From a virus (lineage: Duplodnaviria > Caudoviricetes), in the IMG/VR virus record IMGVR_UViG_2595698685_000001, positions 32,001 through 96,000 of that record: a stretch of 64,000 nt of DNA. The stretch is one strand, 5' to 3'. The notes beneath the pieces are model-generated. The model was not told the DNA's origin, did no database searches, and saw only the letters and a list, made by a program, of their open reading frames with translations. This document shows, in pieces, positions 13,327-23,742 of the stretch. The position numbers and the translations under genes are program-made. Numbering within the stretch: position 1 is the stretch's first letter; every line of letters starts with the position of its first letter.

Positions 13327-13644
13327 CTAATTTAGGTTATTTTCCCAAGTAACTCCACCAATGTACGCAGTGTACCCTTCTGCTTCTAAGAGCTGCTGCA
13401 TTCGGATTCTGGCTACAGGGTTGCTAGTTACTAGGTGTACATATGCAGGCCTATTATCCGTTTTAGTTAGGATGGTGGTTAAAATATCATAGCCTTCTTC
13501 CGAAGCTCCTAGATCATTATCCATGTAAAGATAACAACCTTTTATTAGGTGCAGTTCAATTAAACTATGCATAGCTTCAGTAGTCCGTGCTATAATGTCC
13601 ATACCCTCTAAGTTACGAACATCATCAAAAAGAATGTGTAACAT
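13327..13644 (-). CDS. cyclic-phosphate processing receiver-like domain protein
   Basis: LFDDVR, MDNDLG, EGYDIL, TSNPVAR motifs. Confidence 0.7.
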   Translation of the reverse strand: MLHILFDDVRNLEGMDIIARTTEAMHSLIELHLIKGCYLYMDNDLGASEEGYDILTTILTKTDNRPAYVHLVTSNPVARIRMQQLLEAEGYTAYIGGVTWENNLN

Positions 13645-13645
13645 T

Positions 13646-13921
13646 TTAACGTCCTATGCTTTTAGCTTGTTCTTCACTTGCTATATACGTGTAAGCCCCT
13701 TTATTGAAGGCTGGAGCAGTACATAACTTTTTCCGTTCAATCTCTAGTTGAGCTAGGGCTTCCCTCTCCGCCATTTCAGGATCGAGAATTTCCCTGGCCT
13801 GCGGGGGTGGTGGATTACGGGTTGTCGGTTCCCCAATGACTGGTTCTCTAGTCTTTCTGCGAGGTGAGACAGCGCGTTTACGTAAGGGGATAATCCAGGG
13901 TGGCGCGTTATACGTTGGCAT
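13646..13921 (-). CDS. conserved phage hypothetical protein
   Basis: C-terminal APAFNKGAYTY, AAGGAG RBS. Confidence 0.75.
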   Translation of the reverse strand: MPTYNAPPWIIPLRKRAVSPRRKTREPVIGEPTTRNPPPPQAREILDPEMAEREALAQLEIERKKLCTAPAFNKGAYTYIASEEQAKSIGR

Positions 13922-14127
13922 GCATTCTCCTTAAAGACTATATGGTCATCTGTAGTGTATGTATATATTAACCATCCCCTAGATTCTAGGCGTCTTGCAG
14001 CTTCTAGAGATTGGGCGTAGTATCCAGTGGGATTTCTAGGAACTCTGTACTCTCCATATGCTATAAGCGTACAAGCTACCTTCTCAGCATACTCTTTAGT
14101 AGTTCCAAAAGTGGTTGTTGATGCCAT
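13753..14127 (-). CDS. hypothetical protein, C-terminus overlaps the next gene
   Basis: GGAGG RBS after promoter. Confidence 0.55.
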   Translation of the reverse strand: MASTTTFGTTKEYAEKVACTLIAYGEYRVPRNPTGYYAQSLEAARRLESRGWLIYTYTTDDHIVFKENACQRITRHPGLSPYVNALSHLAERLENQSLGNRQPVIHHPRRPGKFSILKWRRGKP

Positions 14128-14152
14128 ATAGCCTCCGTTAATTTATAAAACA

Positions 14153-14181
14153 ATTATACAGAGAATTTAGATAAAAAGCAA
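14153..14181 (-). promoter_or_regulatory. sigma70 promoter
   Basis: TTGCTT-17-TATAAT. Confidence 0.8.
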
Positions 14182-14311
14182 TTCAAATTTTTCTAAGAAA
14201 TGTACTTTAGCTCTTCAGGATAGTTGTATTTAAGTAGTGATAGGAATTCCTCTGTGTTTTCTCGCTCTTTTAACCCTATGATACACTGTTCTCACTTCGT
14301 TAACATACCGT

Positions 14312-14788
14312 TTATTTAAGGGAATCATTAAATAAGTTCTCCTCTATAACCACATTACATAATGCGTCTACCCTATCATTTCTAGGGTCTCCTGAGTGCC
14401 CTTTAACTTTTACGAAGGTTGGAATCTCTCCGTGGAAATCCTTATAGGCTGATAACAGACTGATAGCTTCTTTCCATAGCTCTAGGTTTAGGGGGATCTC
14501 TCCATCAGCTTTCTTCCAGCCTTTTCTCTGCCATCCCCAAACCCAAGTTTCCATTCCATTCTTAACGTAGGTTGAATCTGTGTAAATAGTTACAGGTCTT
14601 CCTCCTGTTTTAGTAGCCCACTTTAACAGTTCTACTACCGCAGTTACTTCCATTTCATTGTTTGTAGTGTTTGGATTAAAGCCTGTTTTCTTACCTAGGC
14701 ATTCATCATTCTCGTCAAACACACAGAAAGCCCAGGAACCTACTCCTGGGTTACCTCTGCACGCTCCATCAGTAAATACGTGAAACAT
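14312..14788 (-). CDS. rnhA: ribonuclease HI
   Basis: FTDGACRGNPG, TTNNEME, TDSTY, KVKGHSG..N..VD. Confidence 0.97.
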   Translation of the reverse strand: MFHVFTDGACRGNPGVGSWAFCVFDENDECLGKKTGFNPNTTNNEMEVTAVVELLKWATKTGGRPVTIYTDSTYVKNGMETWVWGWQRKGWKKADGEIPLNLELWKEAISLLSAYKDFHGEIPTFVKVKGHSGDPRNDRVDALCNVVIEENLFNDSLK

Positions 14789-15000
14789 TATCCGCCCCTT
14801 ATAATTCGTCCGGCTGGTGGTATGGGAGCCTCAGGAATTTTCGAATTCCTAGGATTAATACGATCTAATATAGCCCTTTCTATTGCCTCATTAACTATAT
14901 CATCCGCTACTTCTTTAGTATATAGCCGCACTAGATGTTTGAACATGGGTTCAATCTTTCTAACATCTAGACTCGGCATTAAAGGTGTGAACCATCCCAT
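14788..15000 (-). CDS. hypothetical protein
   Basis: stop-start overlaps on both sides. Confidence 0.75.
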   Translation of the reverse strand: MGWFTPLMPSLDVRKIEPMFKHLVRLYTKEVADDIVNEAIERAILDRINPRNSKIPEAPIPPAGRIIRGG

Positions 15001-15833
15001 TAGGCAGACATTGCTCCTGTTAGCTTAGGGTGATGTGTATATCCATGCAGTTTAAAATCTGCGGGGCTGCACTGTAGGAGTTCTTCTAGGGAAGAAAACT
15101 CTGGTAATACCAATTCTGGTAACTCATAAGGTTCTCTAGTAATCTGCTCTTTAATCTGGTCTAAATGGTTACTATAGATATGAGTATCTCCTAAGTGGAC
15201 ACATAACTCTCCAACATCTAGACCTGTTATTTGGGCTAAACTATACGCTAGAGTTGCGTAGCTTGCAATATTATAAGGCAGCCCTAGGAATACATCACAG
15301 CTAGGTTGATACCATGTTAAGTTGAGGCGATTACCTCTAGTGTTAACTACAAACATAACATGACACGGAGATAGAACCATATCAGGCAAATCTAAGGGGT
15401 TCCATGCAGATACAATCATTTTACGGTTATGGAATGTATCTGCCTTAATATCTGCAATTAGTTTAGAGATCTGGTCTACCTGAATAAAAGATCTCCACTG
15501 CTTACCGTATATTGGGCCTAGATAACCATCTTCATACCCTTTTTCTCTACCTTGCTTCTCATAGTTACCTGTCCAGATGGTTTGTCGTTCACCACGTGTT
15601 CCGTAGGTAAGTTCTTCTAGATCGTACATATTAGTTGACCCTGATAAGAACCATAACAGTTCGGCTACAACTCCCCTATAAAAAAGAGCTTTTGTTGTAG
15701 GTACAGGAAAACCCTTTTGTAGATCAAATTTTAGCATACGGTTTAGAACCGACACTGTTCCTGTGCCAGTTCTATCCATAATAGAATCCCCATTGCTTAA
15801 GACATCTTTTGCTAGGTCAATGTACTGTTGCAT
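15000..15833 (-). CDS. thyA: thymidylate synthase
   Basis: DRTGTGT, GPIYGKQWR, LSPCH, DVFLGLPYNIASY, GDTHIYSNH. Confidence 0.97.
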   Translation of the reverse strand: MQQYIDLAKDVLSNGDSIMDRTGTGTVSVLNRMLKFDLQKGFPVPTTKALFYRGVVAELLWFLSGSTNMYDLEELTYGTRGERQTIWTGNYEKQGREKGYEDGYLGPIYGKQWRSFIQVDQISKLIADIKADTFHNRKMIVSAWNPLDLPDMVLSPCHVMFVVNTRGNRLNLTWYQPSCDVFLGLPYNIASYATLAYSLAQITGLDVGELCVHLGDTHIYSNHLDQIKEQITREPYELPELVLPEFSSLEELLQCSPADFKLHGYTHHPKLTGAMSA

Positions 15834-16474
15834 TAATTATAGAACTCCTTATACTGAGTGAATTTAAAGTCTACATTTTCTCCTGTAGCATTTAGAACTC
15901 GAGTTATAGAACTATTACCACTAGGGTGAAATAAGGTATTTACTGATGATAACAAAAAACTAGTAGTCTCATTAGGGAAGTAACTATTTGTACCATTATG
16001 ACAGTACACTTTATCAGTTTTTGGTTCAATTACTGATATATACGCTTGATCTACCAAGTTTAACTCGTAGAATCTACGAATTACTTTTGATCCCCCTAAG
16101 AGTACTCCTGAAACCCCTAGAGATTTTAGGAAGGAAGGCAGACTGTCCCCTAGAGCATTTACCATATGGATAACTCTCTGGCCTGAGGCTATTGACATTT
16201 TATTAGTTATGTTGCTAGAGCATACTACCCATGTTTTGCTACAAAGTGTTTCCTCTATGCGCCTTTTTACTGTTTCAGGCATAGTCTTAAACGTGGTCAT
16301 TCCTACAATTATAGCATGATCTATAGTAGAATTGCCTAGTCGGCCTAGGGTAACATAGAACTGCTCTAGTTCAGCTTTGAAAGACCCCCAAGGTAGCTTT
16401 CCATCAGCGGAACCAAAATCACACCACTGGGTATGGTCTGCACTTACTCCACGAGCGTATATAGCAGTAATCAC
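15833..16474 (-). CDS. frd: dihydrofolate reductase, divergent
   Basis: GKLPW, IIVGMTTFKTMP, LLGG motifs; sits between nrdB and thyA as in T5. Confidence 0.75.
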   Translation of the reverse strand: MITAIYARGVSADHTQWCDFGSADGKLPWGSFKAELEQFYVTLGRLGNSTIDHAIIVGMTTFKTMPETVKRRIEETLCSKTWVVCSSNITNKMSIASGQRVIHMVNALGDSLPSFLKSLGVSGVLLGGSKVIRRFYELNLVDQAYISVIEPKTDKVYCHNGTNSYFPNETTSFLLSSVNTLFHPSGNSSITRVLNATGENVDFKFTQYKEFYN

Positions 16475-17610
16475 AGTAAGTCCTCCATTAAGTTTGCCAT
16501 TTCAGCTAATTCTGCATCTGATGTGTCCTTACTTTGACCCATCTTATAGTTTGTAATTTGCATTTCCTGCGGAGCTACTTGTTGGCTAGACGAGTCTAAC
16601 CACTTATTAATCCAAGGGATTGGGTTCTTCTCTACCCGAGGTAGTTCCTTAGGCCATTGAACTCCAATACCATTGAAGGACATTAGCCCAATATGATACA
16701 GGTACTCAGTTAGATTGTCTTCGTTAAGACCAATGATTTTACGACCTTCTGAAAAAATAAACTTAGCCCAATTAACTTCTGTATCTAGTACAGATGCCAT
16801 AATCTTCGGAGCGGCAATCACAGCCTCTTGCCATTCACTAGGGCTTACCTGAGTTTTTAGAATGTTTAATATCTCTCTACTAGCTACTGTATGCAGCGCC
16901 TCATCTTTAGCAATGAGCTGTAGTAACTTGGCAATGCCTGGGAGAATATCTTGCTCTGCTAGAGCAAAGGTACATGCGAAAGAAGCATAGAACATTACAG
17001 ATTCTAGAGCATAGATAGCAAAGTACACTTTACATAGTAGTACTCGTAATTCTGCCTCTACTTCTTCCAGTTCAGTATCTGCGTAGTCCTGTGGGTTATC
17101 CCTAACGAATGTCCAGTACAGGCCCTTCTCTGCTAATTCATCTAGAATTCCAATAGAGTTGGCCACTCTAGCGAATGCGTGTTCATTCTGGTTTACTGAT
17201 TCTATGAACTCAGCTGGATTGGTTAGAACCTTACGGATAATGCTTGAGTAGGCTCTGGAGTGTAGGTTCTCAAAGTATGACCACTGAATCAACAGTCCCT
17301 CTAACTCCGGTCTGGATACTAATTGCGAGATAGCTGTTTCAGGTGCTCTTGTAATCAGAGAGTCGGCAATTGTCTGCCAACCTAAATTGAGGCGAGTAAT
17401 GTCTTTGATATGCTCAGGTAGCTTAGGCCACTGTTCCTTATCTTTTTCTAAGGAAATCTCTGACTCATACCACATTTGACTTCGCTGTTTAAGCGCTAGT
17501 TCCTCTAGGATAGGGTACTTAACATTCACATAGTCGGCTAAACCAAGTTCTGCCCCTAAAAATAGGCGTGCTTCATTTACATCGTAGTTTCTATTGTATA
17601 CTGTTGCCAT
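16471..17610 (-). CDS. nrdB: class Ia ribonucleotide reductase beta subunit
   Basis: ENLHSRAY, DEALH, QVAPQE..ITNY. Confidence 0.96.
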   Translation of the reverse strand: MATVYNRNYDVNEARLFLGAELGLADYVNVKYPILEELALKQRSQMWYESEISLEKDKEQWPKLPEHIKDITRLNLGWQTIADSLITRAPETAISQLVSRPELEGLLIQWSYFENLHSRAYSSIIRKVLTNPAEFIESVNQNEHAFARVANSIGILDELAEKGLYWTFVRDNPQDYADTELEEVEAELRVLLCKVYFAIYALESVMFYASFACTFALAEQDILPGIAKLLQLIAKDEALHTVASREILNILKTQVSPSEWQEAVIAAPKIMASVLDTEVNWAKFIFSEGRKIIGLNEDNLTEYLYHIGLMSFNGIGVQWPKELPRVEKNPIPWINKWLDSSSQQVAPQEMQITNYKMGQSKDTSDAELAEMANLMEDLL

Positions 17611-17640
17611 AATCTGTCTCCGCTTTGTTAACTTTCATAT

Positions 17641-17690
17641 AGTATACTAAAATTAAAGAAGCCTAGCAAATAAGATTTTGCTAGGCTTTG
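17641..17690 (-). promoter_or_regulatory. nrdB promoter overlapping a hairpin after nrdA
   Basis: TTGCTA-17-TATACT; inverted repeat AAGCCTAGCAAA/TTTGCTAGGCTT. Confidence 0.6.
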
Positions 17691-17696
17691 GAGTAT

Positions 17697-19976
17697 TTAA
17701 AGTGTACAACCACCTGAGGAGCAACCAATACCGTTTGCTGCCTCTGATTCAATTAAGAAGTTAGCATAGTACAGGTTTTTAACTCCGTACTTAGACAGTA
17801 AAATCAAGTCTTTAATAATGGCTGCATTAGGAATAATTCCCCCCTCATACTGATTGAAATCATAGTATAAGTTAGTACTTATAGTTTGCTGCACAAACTT
17901 CTGTAGTACAGCCAGCCATTTAATATGCTCTTCTCTATCAATATCATATGCATACTTATAAGATAGTCCTGTGTCCCAATCACTAAGTCCAGGAACTACT
18001 GTAACTACTGCCCCCTGAGCGCTAGACTTAATAGTAACTGCTTTTCTAGGCGGTTCCACTGAGTTGGTGACACCTAACAGTACGCTAGAGCTTTCCCCAG
18101 GCATACAAGCGGTTAGTACGGAGTTACGTAAACCATATTGATTGATGTCTTTTCTTAAAGAATCCCAATCCTGTTCCAGACCTACAGTTACTAGAGTATC
18201 GACAGAAGGCTTGTAAGTATCTATACACAGTATTCCATTATACGCTTTTGTCCTATCGAACCAAGGGCATGCTCCCTGTTCTTTAGCTAATCTGACGGAT
18301 GCCTTATATAAGAAGTACTGTGCTTTCTCAGCTTCTCTGTGAATCCAGTTACGAGCCTCAACACCTTCGAATGCCAGGCCATCTTTAGCCATTGCTCCTG
18401 CAGCATTCATTAGCCCAATACCTACGTTTCTTCTAGCTTTAGCAGTTAGCTCTAAAGAAGGGTATGGGTAGTACTGAATGTCGATAATAGTATCCACAAA
18501 TTTTAGCAGCACATACGTGGTATGTTCCCAGTTACTAATGTTACCTAGAACTAACCCACCTAAGTTACATAGTGATACTTCTCCAGAAGACCCTGGAACA
18601 AATAAGTCGCGTACAGACTCGTAGGGTTTTGTAGGCTGTAGGATTTCTTGGCAAAGGTTACTCATTCGAATAGGTTCTATAAACGGGGAGTTTCTATTTG
18701 CTTCCATTACGTTCATGGCGTAGACTCTACCAGTTTCCAGACGAATAGTTGCCCAACTGTCTAAAATATCTTTTGCAGGTACAGACTTAGCCCTAGATAG
18801 ACGTTCACCTCTAAAACCTACTACAGTTTCCTTACTTAAACGCTCTTCTGCCTCTTCGTATAACTTATCGAATAGGGCTTCATCCCCTGAATGAAACGCT
18901 TCCCATACCTCAGGTGCGTCTAGCAAAGAAAATAGAGTCACAGGCTTGTTCTGTAGGTATCTTTTTAGAAGTAAGTTGCTGTACTTAAGACTATAGTCCA
19001 TCTTATCTAGTTTGTCAGCTTCTTCTGTTCTCTGGGACTTCAACTTCATAAGACTCAGAATTTCAGGGTCAAAGAAATTGTAATGTACAGTTGCTGAACC
19101 ACCCCTAGACTGCTGCTGGTTTGCTTTAACTGCCCTGTCAATATGTCTGTAGTAAGGGATTTTACCTGAGTGGGCAAACGCACCATTACGAACGGGGTCT
19201 GACACTGAGCGACTTTCTAGGTGATATCCAATACCTGCTCTAGCTGCTGTCATGGTGTACACTACTTCTGCTGCTGCTCCAATACTGCCTAGAGTATCAG
19301 TTGCATCTACTAAACAACAAGAAGCAAAGCCGTTATCACCGGAACGTAGCCCTACTAGAGGAGGTGTAGGTACATTTATACGATGCAGGGATAACTCATT
19401 GTACAGATCAATAGCGTCTAGGATACTGTACTCAGGAAGTCGAAGCACCTCTAGAACCATCCCCATATACATGAACTGAGGAGTTTCGTAAGTTTCCCCC
19501 GTGATAGTTGAACGTCTAGAATACTTATCTAAAAACTGCTTCAACCCACCACTGGTGAACAGATGGTCCCTAGTATGGTCAATAACGTTGTTTAGTGCGT
19601 CAAATGTATCATCTGAAATCCATTCTGATTTATCAGACCACTGACCTAACTCTACCATCCTATCGTGGAACTCTCTAAGAGTCGGGGGGTAGTATGAATC
19701 GAACAGTCTTTTACGCATTTGAGCAATCATAAGTTCTCTAGCAGGAATATCATACTGGGGATCTTCTTGAATTAAGTCGATTGCTGTTTTGATTAGAACT
19801 TCCTGTAACACATCTGTGTCTACTACTTCCTCTGATATAGATTTAGTGGCTCTTAATACTAATTCTGACCAGCTAGCTGTTGTACCACCTAAGGCCCAGT
19901 CCGCCCAATTATTAAACTTTTCTGGCATAAAATCTTCAATGTAACCGCCACGTTTGACTACTTTTTTAATTGCCAT
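17697..19976 (-). CDS. nrdA: class Ia ribonucleotide reductase alpha subunit
   Basis: ATP-cone start, FASCC, SNLCQEI, LCNLG, C-terminal CSSGGCTL. Confidence 0.97.
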   Translation of the reverse strand: MAIKKVVKRGGYIEDFMPEKFNNWADWALGGTTASWSELVLRATKSISEEVVDTDVLQEVLIKTAIDLIQEDPQYDIPARELMIAQMRKRLFDSYYPPTLREFHDRMVELGQWSDKSEWISDDTFDALNNVIDHTRDHLFTSGGLKQFLDKYSRRSTITGETYETPQFMYMGMVLEVLRLPEYSILDAIDLYNELSLHRINVPTPPLVGLRSGDNGFASCCLVDATDTLGSIGAAAEVVYTMTAARAGIGYHLESRSVSDPVRNGAFAHSGKIPYYRHIDRAVKANQQQSRGGSATVHYNFFDPEILSLMKLKSQRTEEADKLDKMDYSLKYSNLLLKRYLQNKPVTLFSLLDAPEVWEAFHSGDEALFDKLYEEAEERLSKETVVGFRGERLSRAKSVPAKDILDSWATIRLETGRVYAMNVMEANRNSPFIEPIRMSNLCQEILQPTKPYESVRDLFVPGSSGEVSLCNLGGLVLGNISNWEHTTYVLLKFVDTIIDIQYYPYPSLELTAKARRNVGIGLMNAAGAMAKDGLAFEGVEARNWIHREAEKAQYFLYKASVRLAKEQGACPWFDRTKAYNGILCIDTYKPSVDTLVTVGLEQDWDSLRKDINQYGLRNSVLTACMPGESSSVLLGVTNSVEPPRKAVTIKSSAQGAVVTVVPGLSDWDTGLSYKYAYDIDREEHIKWLAVLQKFVQQTISTNLYYDFNQYEGGIIPNAAIIKDLILLSKYGVKNLYYANFLIESEAANGIGCSSGGCTL

Positions 19977-19989
19977 TATATCTCCTAGA

Positions 19990-20020
19990 TAAAAATACCC
20001 AGAGCGTTAGCCCTGGGTAT
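19990..20020 (-). terminator. intrinsic terminator
   Basis: ATACCCAGGGC/GCTCTGGGTAT followed by TTTT. Confidence 0.65.
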
Positions 20021-20026
20021 GTGTTA

Positions 20027-20260
20027 TTACGCTAATTCAGGACTAGCGTAGTCCGGTGCTGTTTCCAGTTGAATTTCCATAGCCTTACGCATTAATGCTG
20101 AAGGGCTGTGATAACTAAGTTGTCTACGAGCAGCTTCCATAACTGGAGCATTCATAACCTCTCTACTACCTTCATCCATCTTTGCTAGAAGTTGGTTTGC
20201 CATAGATAGGTTACGTTGAAGTGTTACGTTCTTAGCTGGAAACTTTAATACATTGCCCAT
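20027..20260 (-). CDS. hypothetical protein
   Basis: 77 aa, AAGGAG RBS. Confidence 0.75.
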   Translation of the reverse strand: MGNVLKFPAKNVTLQRNLSMANQLLAKMDEGSREVMNAPVMEAARRQLSYHSPSALMRKAMEIQLETAPDYASPELA

Positions 20261-20400
20261 GATAGGCTCCTTAAACTTTTGAGATTACGAAAAATTCTAT
20301 ATCTTCTTCTGAGAAGATTTCGATGCACCCTGATTCGGTAAATCCGGAGGAGATACCTTCTCCCCAGCCAGTTTTAATTCCTAAGATTACTACATCCATA

Positions 20401-21150
20401 CTATACTCCCATATCGTTAAAGATTGCTTGGAACGCTGAAGATTCCGCAGACCTTACGTTTTTAATTAACTCAATTGTTGTGAAGGGGTAGTACTCGTAG
20501 TTGTCTACTATATCCATTAGTAGTTGTAGGCCAGAGTCTGCTTTAATGTCTTTCTGTGCAATATCCCCACAGATAATCAGTTTGCAGTCTTGACCAATAC
20601 GAGTTACTAGACATTTCATGGCCTCAATAGAAATGTTTTGCGCCTCATCAACAATTACAAATGCGTTATTAAACGTTCTGCCTCGGCAGTGTTCAATAGC
20701 CAGATACTTTATTACTCCCCGATTAATAAGGTTTTTGTACGCGTGATCACCAATAGCCCATTTGATACCGTCTGCAATAGGTTCTAACCAAGGCTCTAGC
20801 TTTTCAGCTAAGTCCCCTGGAAGCATACCCAAAGATTTTCCTAGAGGTTCATTAGGCCTAACTAAGATAATTTGCTCTATAACAGAATTACGTGCTGTTA
20901 TTGCTTGAGCGGCTAATACTGAAGGTATAAACGTTTTGCCTGTACCGGGTTCTCCTGTACCAACAACTACGCTACCATTCTGGATGAGGTTAATATATTT
21001 ACGTTGCTCATCATTTTTAGGTGTCAGAGTTTTTACTACAGTAAAAGGTAGGTTCTCCGTGGTGTACTCTTGAGTTTCCTCTACTCGTTGAACTCTTCGT
21101 GCAGAGCTTCTAACCTGTCCTTTTTCTTTTCCTCGTCTAGCTTTAGCCAT
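20401..21150 (-). CDS. phoH: PhoH family ATPase
   Basis: GEPGTGKT, LGMLPGDL.EK, RGRTF, DEAQN, GDIAQKD; start chosen by AGGAGA RBS. Confidence 0.95.
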   Translation of the reverse strand: MAKARRGKEKGQVRSSARRVQRVEETQEYTTENLPFTVVKTLTPKNDEQRKYINLIQNGSVVVGTGEPGTGKTFIPSVLAAQAITARNSVIEQIILVRPNEPLGKSLGMLPGDLAEKLEPWLEPIADGIKWAIGDHAYKNLINRGVIKYLAIEHCRGRTFNNAFVIVDEAQNISIEAMKCLVTRIGQDCKLIICGDIAQKDIKADSGLQLLMDIVDNYEYYPFTTIELIKNVRSAESSAFQAIFNDMGV

Positions 21151-21439
21151 GTAGTCTCCTATGGTGTTACGCTGAAAGCATATCATTTGTATGCTTTTCT
21201 TCTAACTTTCACATACATTCTACCAGTAAACGTGATAAATGGCAATCAAAATTTTTAATTCCGCGTAGGAAGGATCATTAAGCGCGTAATTTTACTTGAC
21301 AAACCACAGCATATTATGATACTAGATAATCATTTATTTATTATACGCGCGTGCGCGTGAATAACATACAATGGAGTTATTAAGCAAGTATTATTTTGTT
21401 AAATTTATGTAACATGCATTGTTTAGCCAAATAAACTAG

Positions 21440-21468
21440 TTGACTTTTACCCATATTAGGCGTATAAT
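21440..21468 (+). promoter_or_regulatory. sigma70 promoter for nrdD
   Basis: TTGACT-17-TATAAT. Confidence 0.8.
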
Positions 21469-21497
21469 ATATACTATTAATTTCAGAAGGAGGAACC

Positions 21498-23351
21498 ATG
21501 ACACAAAGATTAAATGCTGCAATATTAAACTGTAAGGAAATATTAGAGGAGTCTGCTCCAGACGAACTCCTTTTTAATAACGCTAATAAACCCTCTGAAC
21601 GTTTTTCAACTCAAAGGGATATGTTAGCAGGGGAAATAAATAAATATTTAATACTAGAAGAGATGCCACCTGCTATTAGGAACGCCCACGAAGTAGGGGA
21701 TATTCATTTTCATGACACAGACTATGCTGCTCAAGGGTATACTAACTGTTGTTTAATAAACCTAGCTGATATGTTAGATAAAGGTACTATAGTAGGTAAC
21801 GCTTCTATTGAAAGCCCTAAGTCTATAACTACAGCAGCAGCTATTACTTCTCAGATAATCGCCCAGGTAAGTTCTCATCAGTACGGTGGACAATCCATTG
21901 ATAACATTGATGTTGTTCTAGCACCGTATGTTCGCAAGAGTTATGACAAACACTTAGCATTAGCTAGGCGCTGGTTAAAGAATGAAGCTAAGGCTGCTGT
22001 AATGGCTACTGAGCTTACCGAGAAAGAAGTGTACGATGCCTGTCAAGCACTGGAGTATGAGTGCAATTCTCTTTATAACTCCAATGGTCAGACCCCATTT
22101 ATTACATTCGGATTTGGTCTGGGAGAATCTTGGGAGTCTAGACTAATCCAAAGATCTATTCTAGAAGTCCGTATGAAAGGTCTAGGAGCAGACAAACGTA
22201 CAGCTATTTTTCCTAAGCTGGTGTTTGCATTGAAACCTGGTCTCAATATGCAAGCAGGAGATCCTAACTACGACATTAAACAGTTAGCTATTAAATGTAC
22301 TTCTGAGCGTATTTACCCTGACTACGTGAGTTATGATAAGGTTGTGGAAGTTACGGGAGACTTTAAGTTCCCTATGGGTTGCAGGAGCTTCTTAGGCTCA
22401 ATTGAGTCTGGAGAAACATCTGGAAGAAATAACTTGGGTGTAGTCACTGTTAATCTCCCTAGAATTGCTATGGAAAGTGATGGGGATATCACCAAGTTTT
22501 ATGAAATACTAGCTACTAGAGTAGATATTGCTCTGTACGCCCTTAATTGGAGAATAGGTAGGTTAGAACATGTTCAAGCCAAAGCAGCTCCCATTATGTA
22601 CATGCATGGAGCTTTTGGTCTGAGGCTGCCCGCTGATGAATATGTGTTAGACCACTTAAGAGGTAGAGCATCTGTGTCTCTAGGGTACATAGGATGTAAC
22701 GAAATGGTTCAGGTTATGTTTGGAGAAGATGTGGACACTTTGTCTGCTGAATGTGTGGAGTTTACAAAGCAAGTACTACAGTACATGAAAACTCGGGCTG
22801 AACAAGAGGCTAAAGCTACAGGTTTTGGTTTCTCCCTGTATGGTACACCTTCTGAATCTCTATGTGACAGATTTAATAGACTTGATAAACAATGGTATCC
22901 AGAGTTTATGAGTATCTTAGAGAAGGGTTATTATACTAACTCTCATCACCTAGACGTTGAAAAGAAGGTTGCTCCTAATGTTAAGATAGACTATGAAAGT
23001 AACTTTACTCCTCTAGCTTCTGGTGGATGTATTACTTACGTGGAGTTACCTGACATGAAGAAGCATTTGTCTGCCCTAGAATGGGTTATTGATTACGCTG
23101 CTTCTAAGGTTCACTATTTTGGGGCTAATTCCCCAATTGATTCCTGCTATGAGTGTGGGTTCTTAGGTGAAACAGTAGCTACAGAGAATGGGTTTGCCTG
23201 TCCGCATTGCGGTAATACTAACCCTGAAACTATAGAAGTTACTCGTAGAGTTTCAGGATACTTAGGAAATCCTGGAGCACGTCCGTTTAACCCAGGTAAA
23301 CAGCATGAGGTAATGGGAAGAGTAAAACACGGGGATGTTAGGGCTAAATAA
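21498..23351 (+). CDS. nrdD: anaerobic (class III) ribonucleotide reductase
   Basis: IHFHD, NCC, MGCRSFL, YYTNS, RRVSGYLG glycyl-radical loop. Confidence 0.97.
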   Translation: MTQRLNAAILNCKEILEESAPDELLFNNANKPSERFSTQRDMLAGEINKYLILEEMPPAIRNAHEVGDIHFHDTDYAAQGYTNCCLINLADMLDKGTIVGNASIESPKSITTAAAITSQIIAQVSSHQYGGQSIDNIDVVLAPYVRKSYDKHLALARRWLKNEAKAAVMATELTEKEVYDACQALEYECNSLYNSNGQTPFITFGFGLGESWESRLIQRSILEVRMKGLGADKRTAIFPKLVFALKPGLNMQAGDPNYDIKQLAIKCTSERIYPDYVSYDKVVEVTGDFKFPMGCRSFLGSIESGETSGRNNLGVVTVNLPRIAMESDGDITKFYEILATRVDIALYALNWRIGRLEHVQAKAAPIMYMHGAFGLRLPADEYVLDHLRGRASVSLGYIGCNEMVQVMFGEDVDTLSAECVEFTKQVLQYMKTRAEQEAKATGFGFSLYGTPSESLCDRFNRLDKQWYPEFMSILEKGYYTNSHHLDVEKKVAPNVKIDYESNFTPLASGGCITYVELPDMKKHLSALEWVIDYAASKVHYFGANSPIDSCYECGFLGETVATENGFACPHCGNTNPETIEVTRRVSGYLGNPGARPFNPGKQHEVMGRVKHGDVRAK

Positions 23352-23357
23352 GCTATT

Positions 23358-23387
23358 AGGCTGATCAGTTGATCAGCCTTTTATTTT
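23358..23387 (+). terminator. intrinsic terminator
   Basis: AGGCTGATCA/TGATCAGCCT plus TTTATTTT. Confidence 0.75.
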
Positions 23388-23389
23388 AT

Positions 23390-23418
23390 TTGCAAACCAG
23401 CTTAATTTTTGATATAAT
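23390..23418 (+). promoter_or_regulatory. sigma70 promoter
   Basis: TTGCAA-17-TATAAT. Confidence 0.8.
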
Positions 23419-23448
23419 TGTTTTGTAAATTAAATTGAGGAAATTATT

Positions 23449-23739
23449 ATGGCTACAGAGTATATAGTTTTATCCCCTGAGGGGTATAGTTTAGGTATGG
23501 ACTCTTTTGGTGATGCAATATTTGCTGCTACTGGTTGCTGTGAACATGTTAGTGGCGCTGGTTACCCTAGCCTTATTGGTGCTTGGGTAGAGAATACATT
23601 AAATATTGAGCCTTATGGTGATCGTGTGGACTCTCCCCTAACTATAGAAGAGTATGCAGACATTTACGAGTATGATGGTATTGGAGAGCATTACCGCATT
23701 CCAAAGAAAGAATGGGTTGCTAAATACATGACGGAGTAA
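23449..23739 (+). CDS. hypothetical protein
   Basis: 96 aa, GAGGA RBS. Confidence 0.75.
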   Translation: MATEYIVLSPEGYSLGMDSFGDAIFAATGCCEHVSGAGYPSLIGAWVENTLNIEPYGDRVDSPLTIEEYADIYEYDGIGEHYRIPKKEWVAKYMTE

Positions 23740-23742
23740 TCA

